From: a virus
Length of the DNA: 64,000 nucleotides
IMG/VR virus record: IMGVR_UViG_3300042691_048368
Coordinates: 1-64,000 of that record
Strand: one strand, 5' to 3'
Below, piece by piece: positions 47,536 to 57,220 of this stretch. Position 1 is the first letter of the stretch; every line of letters starts with the position of its first letter. The position numbers and the translations under genes were made by a program. Below the pieces are notes generated by a model. That model ran no database searches. It saw only the letters and a program-made list of their open reading frames with translations, and was not told the DNA's origin.

Positions 47536-48114
47536 TCACCAGAAACCTGGATATGTTTTTCCTCCCCAAAGATTTGCATATCTATTAGCCCTACAAGCCC
47601 AGTAACCTGGTTTGGTCTTATCCTTTTTCAAATGGCACTGATGTCTTGCAGCAAAAGCTTTTCTAGCTTTAGGATCAGAAACCTTTGCACTCAGACCACC
47701 TTTAGCATCACCAAAGTTTACTACTTTAACTTTTTTTGTCTTGGGATTAATCACATAAACTTTGTATTTTTTTGGACCCGAGCTTCTCATAGGTTTGCCT
47801 ATTGGAACTTTTTTTCCATGATATTCGGCTTCGTTCAAATCTTCGACTTCTTCTAATGGTAAGTCCAAAGGTACCATTTCACCTTCGTATTCTGCAAATT
47901 TACCAATATCAGTTGTTTCAAATAAAATTTTATCTATTCCCGATAATTCTACTTTATTAGTATCAAACAAAATTCTAGCTTCCTTTATTAGATCATAGAA
48001 CGAATTGGAACCAGGTCTGAACACATTTTCCAAAACGGGAAGGTTGTTATCGACATGATATTTTAGATTCTCACTGATTGGATGAAAATTATCGAATAGA
48101 TTAATATATTTCAT
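47536..48114 (-). CDS. Basic protein with CTS-like N-terminus and conserved C-terminal domain
   Basis: YKVYV.NPKT.KV..VNFGD...ARKAFAARHQC...GYWACR; MKYINLFDNFHPISE; internal LNE. Confidence 0.75.
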   Translation of the reverse strand: MKYINLFDNFHPISENLKYHVDNNLPVLENVFRPGSNSFYDLIKEARILFDTNKVELSGIDKILFETTDIGKFAEYEGEMVPLDLPLEEVEDLNEAEYHGKKVPIGKPMRSSGPKKYKVYVINPKTKKVKVVNFGDAKGGLSAKVSDPKARKAFAARHQCHLKKDKTKPGYWACRANRYANLWGGKTYPGFW

Positions 48115-48204
48115 TGGAGTATGTTTTTTATTGTAGATATATATTATTTATTTTAGTATTAAAACTCTTCTTTTAATATATACATAAAATACGACAGTCT
48201 TTTA

Positions 48205-51200
48205 ATGCAATCACTTATATTTTTCAACAAAGAAGGGGACAATTTAAATTTTAGATACAACGAGGATGATGAAAGGTGGGAAGGTGATATGATTTTCCAC
48301 GCTAATAGTGATGACACTTTTAAGACAGCTGGTCTTTATATGTTTGAAAGAATACCTTCTTTTGAATATGAAAAACCTGGTGACCTTTTTTTACAGAAAT
48401 TCCAATTATTTAATGAATATAGATTCAACATAACGGGTTGTTCTTACTTCAATCGACCCGTTACAAGAGTTGAATTGCCAAATAATGATCAATTATTTTT
48501 CTCAAAATGGATTTACGGGAACAATTTTGAGAAAATGTTTCCAATAGGAACTCAAATAATGTTCGATAAAAAATACTTGGAATTTACAAATATAAATCAA
48601 TCATACACTGTAGTTAAAACGAAGAAAAATGGCATAATGATTATGTCAAATCTTGACAATAGAAGTTTCAACAGTAAATATGGTTCGGTAATTGAGGGGA
48701 CTGCGTCACTTGAAGGCATTTCAGTAAGTGGAGTTAATTCTATCGGAGTTTACAACTACATCGACGATCAATACAAAGATAATTTATCTTCTTGGTCTGA
48801 GCCAGATTTTTATGATAAGTATTATAATGGTAAAGTTTTGAACCTTTTTGGAACTGAACGAAACGATGGTATTTATACGGTGAGAAATTATTTGCTCAAT
48901 GATAAAGTTTATAAAAGATATGAGTTGGACGCTAAATCACTTACACAAAGTTATGATTTATTAATTGATATTTTATTAAAAACGGAATTGCCGACAGTTT
49001 ACACTGGAGGATTATATCTGACTGCGAGTAGGATTTATTTCACGGATGGTGTACCAAAGATTCTAAAGCCAGGTGTAGAATTTCACTTACCAAATGCTTC
49101 TATAAATACAAATTCATTAAAGATCCTAGATGTTGTCAAATTCGAAGGTATCAACAAATTAACTTATTTTGCTACCCAATCACAAGTTCTTTACGGAAAT
49201 TCTCTCTATGAATGTGTTTTGTCTCATTATTGGACAGCGACCTCATCAATTCTACCAGATAATAAAACTTATTGGGATGCTCCCACGTATTTATCAGTCA
49301 GCGGCATTTCGGATTATGAAGTTTTTCAATCTGCTGAAGTGCAGTTGACAAAAAATAGATTCACATATTCTTTTTCGTTTACACAAAGCATGCCTGTGAC
49401 GTTAGCGTCATCTGTGGAAAAATATAAAGAAGATTTTAAGTTTTTCTTATTGGATTATTATTTCGAGAACAAAAAACTTCATTTGGATCTTTTATATCCT
49501 AGTAATTATGTGGATGCTAAGATACTATTATCGTTAGATGGTGTTAATTATGAAAATAGAGCGGTCACAAAAAATATCTATGAACAGAATGTTGAAATAG
49601 AGGAGGTTTTATTGCCAGAGATCACTGAGAATATTTGTGAGAATTTTTCATACAATATAGTTTTTACAGATATAGATGAATTTGGAATAAGATTGACCAT
49701 TAATGGACAAGTATATTATCAAGAAGTTGAATTTATTTATGATTCTTTGAATGTTAATATGGAAAGAACCATAGATAAAACCCTTAGAAATTGGCTTACA
49801 ACTTGGTACATCGAATTATCGATGACAGGTATATATCCAAAATTGAAGTTTACCGGTAAAGATTATTCCTTCTACCTGAACACTATACAGCTAACAACTG
49901 AATATCCGAATGTTGAACTCACTTTTAGTGTTGAGGTTGGAACTACAGCAGACTTTTATCTCCAAAGAGCTCAAATTGTTTTTAATAATATTGGTTCTTA
50001 CTTTGTAGTCACAATCAATGATCGAAATTATGGTCAAAAATCGAGTTACTTTTCAAATGGTAAAGTTGATTTTGCCAGTTCTTTGAATGAGTGGGTAGAA
50101 ACATATGGTGATATATTAGAAGGTTATGGAATTTATGCTAAATCCGTACTATCGATGTTGACCTTTGACGTGAAGGAAATAGATACAAGATTTGAAGTTT
50201 CTGTAAATACCGGAGTATTCAGTCTACCTGGTAACGAAACATATTTCATAAAAAATCTCTTCAGAGGTCACTTAGGAGCATTTTTAACTTCAAATGAAAT
50301 AATATTGTCCGGACCTTCATATTCATTCGAGGATGAAAATTTTGCGACAGGACAACTTGTTGCTATTAATAACAGTAGCAGGCCTTGGAATAATCAAGAA
50401 TATAATATCGAATACTTAGGTCCGAAAGATCTTGTTTTGAGTTATCAGGGACCATTTTGGCCCACTACAGATCCATTGTGTAATATAGCACCATTTATAA
50501 CTATAGCTTTGAGTAATGGTTTTGGCGCTACAGGTTGTACACCCGCAGTATTGGCGAAACCCAATAATGGGGAATTTGGTCTTTTAGATTTTTCAGATGC
50601 TTTCAGTATTAGGTTTGGGGCTACCAATAGTTATGTGATTAACAAAAACTTCCCAATTAATGACGAGGCCAAATTTGTTGACTTGATATATCTAGGTTTG
50701 GTAAACAAGATCTATGTATTTGGTGAAAGGCTGACAGTGATAGATTCTGTGAGTGGTAGGGTCGAAACGGAAGTTAAGTTGCCTAATTTCACATCGGGCA
50801 TATCAATGACTTTCAACCCATATAATAATTATTTATATTGTCTCTCTACAGATAAAATATACCTTATAGATCCTCTATTTCCTAAATTGGATCATATTAT
50901 AAATCTTTCTCTGCCTGGTAAAAAATGTGTTGTGAATCCGAATAATGGTGATGTATATGTTGCATATAATTCAACAAAATTCGACATTTGGTATGATAAT
51001 AACTTCACATCAACACCATCAAAGTCCTATCCATCGGTACCTACAAATAAAAGATATTATAATTTTATTTATAATGCGTCTGAGAAGGACATTTATGTGT
51101 GTTCTGATGATGAGCTTTTGAGATTCGATGGTTCATCTCGTAATTTACAAGCCTCTATTTCGGTACCTGGTCTGAAAAATAATTTTTTATACGAACCAAT

Positions 51201-54200
51201 AAGGTCGTCAATATATCTATTTGACACCACAAGGATTTTAAATTTGAACGGCGGTGTAGTAACCCCATTGAATGCTCCAAATATTACAATATCTCCCTGG
51301 TTAGCTTCACCATCTGGTATAACAAACTCAACATTAAGAGATGTACATTTTGGATCTACTGCTTCTGGTTTTGTAGTTGGAGATAAAGGTTTGGTATTGA
51401 AAACAACTAGCGCTGGAGAAAACTGGGGTACACAATCAAGTGAAATAACAGAGAATTTAAGATCTGTATATTCCACAACATATAGCACTGTTTGGGCAGT
51501 TGGTGAGAAAAATAGGGTCATAAGATCACTAAATGGAGGATTGAATTGGCAGACCATCCTTGGACCCGCTGGACCTAATACGACGCTGAATAGTGTTAGA
51601 GTAATACAAAATAATTTAGTTTTAATTTGTTCGGATGATAGTAGGTTACACTTATGGAATGGCTCAGCATACCAAAACGTACCACTTAGTCAGAAACCAA
51701 AAGCTATTTGGGCCAATGATAATGGTAGTGTGTGTTTCATAGTAGGTGAAAATGGGTTGATTGTAAAATATAATGCTCAACTACTTACCCAATCGGTTCA
51801 AACAACCAAATCTAAATTATTATCTGCCCATTTCAAGGTTTCTGCAACATCAAATGTGATGGTAGTCGGAGGTGAGAATGGGTCACTATTATTTACAAGT
51901 AATGGCACTGATTGGTATACGAATTTTACTGGACTTACTACATCATCGATTAATTCAATTTATTTTGTACCCAATACAAATATAGGTTGGTTAGTTGGTG
52001 GAGATGGAATGATAAGGAAGACAACAAATAATGCTGTAACTTGGTCTAGACAAACATCACCAACTACAAATAATTTGAATTCTGTGAATTTTGCAACTTC
52101 TACATTTGGTATTGCGGTTGGAAATAATGGATCGATTTTGTTTACAGAAGATGGATCAGGTTGGAATGCTCATACAAATTTAACATCTCAAAACTGGACC
52201 ACATATAAATTAAACAGTGTTTATGTCTCAAATCCGCAAGTAAAAAATATAGTTGGTGACCTAGGTACCATTCTACGATCCGATGCAACAAGATTCAGAA
52301 GAGTGAGAATCGTATCTGTTATTGGTGTATTTGCGACACAATCTTATGGTTTATCTAATTTCATAGCAAATCAAACCTCTGCTGACACCAACGTTTGGGG
52401 AGGTGGAACTGGTGCTGTTTTCAATTTGTCTATTTCTTCGAGTGGTATCGTCACCATAAACTCATATGTAAATCGAGGTGTGAATTACGTTGGTGGGAAT
52501 AAGATTACTGTTAGTGGATTCAATCCTTCTTTTCCAAATGATTATATAGAATTCAACGTTGCTAGTACAATTACTGAATACTATACTGTACCTACCCCAT
52601 CTGGTATTGCTGCAAATGAGAATTTACTTGCAGTCCACTTCAGTTCGAATTATGGTTATGCTATAAGTGATTTTGGTAAAATTATAAGAACAGCTGATAC
52701 TGGACAAAGTTGGCAATTGATAATTACTCCAACTAATAGTAAATTATCTTCTGTATTCTTTATTAGTGTAACAATCGGTTGGGTAGGTGGAACCAATGGT
52801 AGGATTTGGAAAACGGTTGATTTTGGTAATAGTTGGGGATTACCAGTGACTGTTTCAACCTCTACAGGAGATATAACTTCGATATCTTTCAAAGATACAT
52901 CGAATGGTATTTGTTGTGATAGCAATGGTAGATTTTTCACTACTATAAATGGTGGTAGCAGCTGGTCACCTGTGGAGTTCAACTTTACTGATGTAAATTT
53001 CGTGAATGACACAACTGGATGGATTGTCGGTAATAACGGTATAATGTTAAAAACAACAGATGGTGGTAACAAATGGGATTATGTCTATACGGGTTTATCT
53101 GCAAGTTTGACATCTGTTGATTTTGCAGACACTACGGTTGGTTATCTTGTGGGTGAGAATGGAATAATTAGGAAATCAGAACAATCCGGTATAAATAATA
53201 GTTGGATCAGGCAAGATAAAGGATCAAGAAATTTCAATTCCATTTACATGTTAGACTCGAATGTTGGGTTTGTAGTTGGTGATAGTGGTGCTCTATATAA
53301 ATCAGAGATAGACCCACCATTTGTAAGAAACCTATTATTCAATAATTTAAAAAATGAAATAGTTTTGTCCACACCAGAGGGTATATCAGTTTTTGACTTG
53401 GAAGGGAACCAATTAGCCTTTGGTGAAACACCGGAATATGGTCCATTAGCTTTGAATCAATATGATGGTGACATATATCTTGCTTCTCAAAATACCCAAC
53501 AATTATTTGTGGTTGATACTGATAACTATAAAATAAAACATTCCGAAACATTTTTTGAAGGATCGATCAAAGAGGTTTTATATAATCCTGACCGACAGAG
53601 TATTTTTGCAATTATTCCCAATGATATAATCCAAATACAATCACTCGTTGAGGTACAAGTTATTTTAGCAACTAGTTTACAACAAAATACTTTATCAACT
53701 ATTGAAGTTGGAGAAAATAATTATGGCACATTAGATCCTAATTACCAAAAACATCCAGATATTTGGCTTAAAACAAGAGAATACATTAGAAGACCAAGGG
53801 AAAACTACAATGATGAACCTTTTGCGGATTTAATATTCAAATGGGAAGACGACCAAATACCTGAAATATTTTTATACGATTTTTCTGGAGAACAATTGCC
53901 AGTGGGTGGAATTTATGATTATACTGGAGAAAGACCTTTGCCAATAGTATCTTTGAATCGTAAGCCTAATACAAAACTTACCAGAGTAGCTTTACCGGAG
54001 TTCCAACAAACAATATTTGATGAGTTGACTTATACATTGGATCATGTTGATTCAGTGGTAGATTTTACTAATAAGCCAACACCTATTGAAGTTTTTATTG
54101 GCATGAATGGAACTAATGAGGGTGTTTTATCTTCTAGATTAAATCTTTATAAAAGAGAATCTATAAAGTTCACGGTTTATGCAAATGCTACAAATAGTGA

Positions 54201-56082
54201 TGTCTTATCATTCTCGATGGGAGTAAATGATGAAGATGGTCTATACGGTATGATTGCGTTTGATTTGAATTCCAAAACAAATTTCCGACAAGATGATGAT
54301 GGTGTCACAAGGGGTTTGAAACCCGGTCAGTTATTAAAAATAACAATAAAAGACGATAGTAATCAGAAAAACAAATATATTTCACTAAACAGTGGAATAA
54401 CTGTTAAGATACTTAAAGTTTTTACAAAATATTTGGTTGTGACGTTTATAGATAGGTATTTTACAAATGAGTTTACTCAAGTCGATGATTATCCAACAAA
54501 TGGTTCAACTACATACTTGACGGTTAGTTTTGAAGTAGTAGATAAATTGATAGGTACTTTTGAGATAAAGTCACAAACTGAAATAGAAGATGTGAGATTT
54601 AAAATTGAGTTAGCTAACTCTGGTCATTTGGTAGATCCATATGACACTTTTATTTTCAAGACATATGATATCAATGAACAAGGTATAGATTGGAATTTCC
54701 TAAACAAAAAGAGAAAAGAAATGCTCTTAGTCAGGGATCAGATTTTTCCTTATATTGGATCTTATAAAGCTATTATAAACTCAATAAATTTCTTCGGGTA
54801 CAATGATTTAGAATTATACGAATACTATAGAAATATCAATATAAGTTCACCCGACTTTTATAAATTGTTCAAAGTAGAAATACCTGACATCTTTGATAAC
54901 TCAGTTGAGGGATGGAAAGAAAACGATTTTATAAAACACACTTTGCCGAACCCGAATTTCGAAGAGACAAATTTATTCAACTTAACATATCGTATAACTG
55001 ACAAAGAAGGTACGAATGTTCTGTTGTATTCATTAGCCGAAGTAATTATGAAACTGCAAGGTTTGAAAATGTGGTTGGAAAGAAAAGTAATTCCGATAAC
55101 TCATAGAATATTAGATATTACAGGAAGAGCTGACTTTGTTGGAGTTGATACAATACAACATAGAAATTATGATACACGTATAGTAAACATAAAACAATCC
55201 TTTTCCCCTATAGATTTCAGTTTGAATGAGGCATATTTGATGCCAATCAATAGTGGATCCACTGTTTATACATGTCAAGTCGATTTTTATATGTCACTTG
55301 GTTTGACACAATCTGAAGTACCGGACTATTTCACTGTTAGAATAAAGACTTACAAAACTTATAAAGAATGGGATCCGTTTTTCACTTACAAATTGGGAGA
55401 TAGAGTAACATACTACGACAAAATATATGAATCTGTCATAGAGAGTAATAAACTAAAAAACCCTTTAAAATATAGTGGAATTTCTTCTTGGAATGGAAAT
55501 GTTAATTATCTATTAGGCCAATTTGTTGAATATAAAAGAGAAATTTATCAATATATCGGTACTCAATCATCATTCACTATTTTTGGAACAGTTTCTACAG
55601 TAAGTCCCTTCTTGGATTTGCAGAATAGAAAATCTTTCTCAAGTTGGTTCTATATGACTGAGTGGCGTTTGACAGATTTAGTACCTGTGCAAAATCTTTT
55701 AGAATATCGTTTAGTCGCTACATATAGTTTGGAAGATAATAAACCAAAAATTGGTGAAAGAAAAAAACCTATAAAGGCTGGTCATTCTTACAATTTTACG
55801 ATTGATGCTAATATTGATCCTTTCATTTATATAGAAGTGAGTTCCGATAATGGTTACGGTCAAACTTATACAACCAAAAAAACTTATGAGATAAGAGGAC
55901 TGAATGATCTTTCTGCTAATAAAACAGAGGGTGATCCGATAGGACCATTTGTACCTGTCAAGACACATAAGACATTAGTGGGCCTAGCTAGTTTACCACC
56001 TGATGAAAGGATTGGTGCACCAGGAGGTGGTCCAGAACCTGGTGGCCCTGATAGACCGGGGGGTAGTGGTGGTGGTGGTTAA
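48205..56082 (+). CDS. Giant baseplate wedge (gp7-like) protein with inserted beta-propeller domains
   Basis: 2625 aa; C-terminal YIGSYKAIINSINFFGY..L..YEYY wedge-type motif; many Ycf48/BNR-like repeats G..VG..G.I.KTTDGG..W; TAATATATA at 48174-48182. Confidence 0.65.
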   Translation: MQSLIFFNKEGDNLNFRYNEDDERWEGDMIFHANSDDTFKTAGLYMFERIPSFEYEKPGDLFLQKFQLFNEYRFNITGCSYFNRPVTRVELPNNDQLFFSKWIYGNNFEKMFPIGTQIMFDKKYLEFTNINQSYTVVKTKKNGIMIMSNLDNRSFNSKYGSVIEGTASLEGISVSGVNSIGVYNYIDDQYKDNLSSWSEPDFYDKYYNGKVLNLFGTERNDGIYTVRNYLLNDKVYKRYELDAKSLTQSYDLLIDILLKTELPTVYTGGLYLTASRIYFTDGVPKILKPGVEFHLPNASINTNSLKILDVVKFEGINKLTYFATQSQVLYGNSLYECVLSHYWTATSSILPDNKTYWDAPTYLSVSGISDYEVFQSAEVQLTKNRFTYSFSFTQSMPVTLASSVEKYKEDFKFFLLDYYFENKKLHLDLLYPSNYVDAKILLSLDGVNYENRAVTKNIYEQNVEIEEVLLPEITENICENFSYNIVFTDIDEFGIRLTINGQVYYQEVEFIYDSLNVNMERTIDKTLRNWLTTWYIELSMTGIYPKLKFTGKDYSFYLNTIQLTTEYPNVELTFSVEVGTTADFYLQRAQIVFNNIGSYFVVTINDRNYGQKSSYFSNGKVDFASSLNEWVETYGDILEGYGIYAKSVLSMLTFDVKEIDTRFEVSVNTGVFSLPGNETYFIKNLFRGHLGAFLTSNEIILSGPSYSFEDENFATGQLVAINNSSRPWNNQEYNIEYLGPKDLVLSYQGPFWPTTDPLCNIAPFITIALSNGFGATGCTPAVLAKPNNGEFGLLDFSDAFSIRFGATNSYVINKNFPINDEAKFVDLIYLGLVNKIYVFGERLTVIDSVSGRVETEVKLPNFTSGISMTFNPYNNYLYCLSTDKIYLIDPLFPKLDHIINLSLPGKKCVVNPNNGDVYVAYNSTKFDIWYDNNFTSTPSKSYPSVPTNKRYYNFIYNASEKDIYVCSDDELLRFDGSSRNLQASISVPGLKNNFLYEPIRSSIYLFDTTRILNLNGGVVTPLNAPNITISPWLASPSGITNSTLRDVHFGSTASGFVVGDKGLVLKTTSAGENWGTQSSEITENLRSVYSTTYSTVWAVGEKNRVIRSLNGGLNWQTILGPAGPNTTLNSVRVIQNNLVLICSDDSRLHLWNGSAYQNVPLSQKPKAIWANDNGSVCFIVGENGLIVKYNAQLLTQSVQTTKSKLLSAHFKVSATSNVMVVGGENGSLLFTSNGTDWYTNFTGLTTSSINSIYFVPNTNIGWLVGGDGMIRKTTNNAVTWSRQTSPTTNNLNSVNFATSTFGIAVGNNGSILFTEDGSGWNAHTNLTSQNWTTYKLNSVYVSNPQVKNIVGDLGTILRSDATRFRRVRIVSVIGVFATQSYGLSNFIANQTSADTNVWGGGTGAVFNLSISSSGIVTINSYVNRGVNYVGGNKITVSGFNPSFPNDYIEFNVASTITEYYTVPTPSGIAANENLLAVHFSSNYGYAISDFGKIIRTADTGQSWQLIITPTNSKLSSVFFISVTIGWVGGTNGRIWKTVDFGNSWGLPVTVSTSTGDITSISFKDTSNGICCDSNGRFFTTINGGSSWSPVEFNFTDVNFVNDTTGWIVGNNGIMLKTTDGGNKWDYVYTGLSASLTSVDFADTTVGYLVGENGIIRKSEQSGINNSWIRQDKGSRNFNSIYMLDSNVGFVVGDSGALYKSEIDPPFVRNLLFNNLKNEIVLSTPEGISVFDLEGNQLAFGETPEYGPLALNQYDGDIYLASQNTQQLFVVDTDNYKIKHSETFFEGSIKEVLYNPDRQSIFAIIPNDIIQIQSLVEVQVILATSLQQNTLSTIEVGENNYGTLDPNYQKHPDIWLKTREYIRRPRENYNDEPFADLIFKWEDDQIPEIFLYDFSGEQLPVGGIYDYTGERPLPIVSLNRKPNTKLTRVALPEFQQTIFDELTYTLDHVDSVVDFTNKPTPIEVFIGMNGTNEGVLSSRLNLYKRESIKFTVYANATNSDVLSFSMGVNDEDGLYGMIAFDLNSKTNFRQDDDGVTRGLKPGQLLKITIKDDSNQKNKYISLNSGITVKILKVFTKYLVVTFIDRYFTNEFTQVDDYPTNGSTTYLTVSFEVVDKLIGTFEIKSQTEIEDVRFKIELANSGHLVDPYDTFIFKTYDINEQGIDWNFLNKKRKEMLLVRDQIFPYIGSYKAIINSINFFGYNDLELYEYYRNINISSPDFYKLFKVEIPDIFDNSVEGWKENDFIKHTLPNPNFEETNLFNLTYRITDKEGTNVLLYSLAEVIMKLQGLKMWLERKVIPITHRILDITGRADFVGVDTIQHRNYDTRIVNIKQSFSPIDFSLNEAYLMPINSGSTVYTCQVDFYMSLGLTQSEVPDYFTVRIKTYKTYKEWDPFFTYKLGDRVTYYDKIYESVIESNKLKNPLKYSGISSWNGNVNYLLGQFVEYKREIYQYIGTQSSFTIFGTVSTVSPFLDLQNRKSFSSWFYMTEWRLTDLVPVQNLLEYRLVATYSLEDNKPKIGERKKPIKAGHSYNFTIDANIDPFIYIEVSSDNGYGQTYTTKKTYEIRGLNDLSANKTEGDPIGPFVPVKTHKTLVGLASLPPDERIGAPGGGPEPGGPDRPGGSGGGG

Positions 56083-56112
56083 AAAAAAACCGTCGAGGAC
56101 GGTTTTTTTTTT
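56081..56112. terminator. Bidirectional Rho-independent terminator
   Basis: A9-CCGTC-GAG-GACGG-T10 between convergent genes. Confidence 0.85.
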
Positions 56113-56114
56113 AT

Positions 56115-56741
56115 TTAGATATTTACACCAGCTTCGTCGAAACTTGCGACCCAATCTTGAATTGCCTTTGATAAACTTTTAGCATGTGTGTCATAGTATG
56201 AAACAATCTTGGAAATCTCACCAATTCTAAGTAGAATGTCGGCAAATGTCATAGTATCCTTTCCGAGCCCTACCACTTTATGTTTAGCAATTAAGTGATA
56301 GATATAAGTAGTTTCAGTCGCATCGGCTAGATACCCTTTGAGATCTGAGGTTTCTGGTGAACCTTCTTCTTCCCATTTACCTAACAATTTTACTAATTCG
56401 ATTGCAAAAAACACTGTGTTTGCATCATACTCTAGTTTGTTATTTAATAAGTCTAAGAGTAATGTGTGTTGGTCCTTATTCAGATAGATCGTATAAACAA
56501 CTTCTTTGAACTCAGAGATAAAGCTTTTCCATAGATTTTTTGCATCCTCGTATAGTTTATCTTTTTCTTCTTCGCTGCAATATTTACCATCATTGTTTTT
56601 CATGTAATTTTCAATTTCAATGATCTTGCTGTCAAGACTAAGTTCGTGCATAAATGGCATTAGTCTGTACTCAACGCTATCATTTTGAATTGAAAGTTGT
56701 GGTTTTATTACATGATTTTCTAAATGCTGTTTGTTTTCCAT
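56115..56741 (-). CDS. Hypothetical helical protein
   Basis: 208-aa ORF. Confidence 0.7.
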   Translation of the reverse strand: MENKQHLENHVIKPQLSIQNDSVEYRLMPFMHELSLDSKIIEIENYMKNNDGKYCSEEEKDKLYEDAKNLWKSFISEFKEVVYTIYLNKDQHTLLLDLLNNKLEYDANTVFFAIELVKLLGKWEEEGSPETSDLKGYLADATETTYIYHLIAKHKVVGLGKDTMTFADILLRIGEISKIVSYYDTHAKSLSKAIQDWVASFDEAGVNI

Positions 56742-56762
56742 ATATTTAAAATTATTTTTTTA

Positions 56763-57188
56763 TTATAAAAGAAAGTCCTCTTGGGCATCTTCTTTTTGTT
56801 GATTGTACAATTCCTCAACTTTATTAGCTTTTGCAATCTTTTCTATTCCGTACTTATTTATGAGACTTGAAAAGGTAGTCAAATCGGGTTTAACCATTTT
56901 TATTTTTCCAGTGTCCATATTTACAGAAATTTTATCAATTTCTTGCTCGAATAAAATTTGAATTGATTCTGGGTCAAATACAGACATCAAATCTTCATTT
57001 ATTTGTACTAATAACTCTTTTTCCAAAATGAAAGAAAACTGATCAGGCATTTTGGAAATTTTGATAAGGTTTTTTTGTGATTCGCACCCAACAAATTCGA
57101 AACCTACATTGAATGGAAATGATTTCCTATTGAAAGTGGTCTTGAATGTGCTTATACTATCGTCCGAAAGTTTGTAAAATTTACTCAT
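56763..57188 (-). CDS. Phage metallopeptidase-like protein lacking HExxH
   Basis: LFEQEIDKI...KPDLTTFSSLINKYG matches the family layout (LxxHELxH...xxDxxxFxxIxxxYG) without the His ligands. Confidence 0.5.
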   Translation of the reverse strand: MSKFYKLSDDSISTFKTTFNRKSFPFNVGFEFVGCESQKNLIKISKMPDQFSFILEKELLVQINEDLMSVFDPESIQILFEQEIDKISVNMDTGKIKMVKPDLTTFSSLINKYGIEKIAKANKVEELYNQQKEDAQEDFLL

Positions 57189-57193
57189 ATTGT

Positions 57194-57220
57194 ATTATAT
57201 TTTGTTTTGGTATAAGGTTT
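57194..57220 (-). promoter_or_regulatory. Putative middle-class promoter
   Basis: AAAC-N17-TATAAT, 5 nt before ATG 57188. Confidence 0.55.

Noticed and set aside
51290-53310. Photosystem II assembly factor Ycf48 as an auxiliary photosynthesis gene
   Set aside because: Only the generic BNR propeller repeat is shared, embedded in a baseplate protein; host signals point to Bacteroidota
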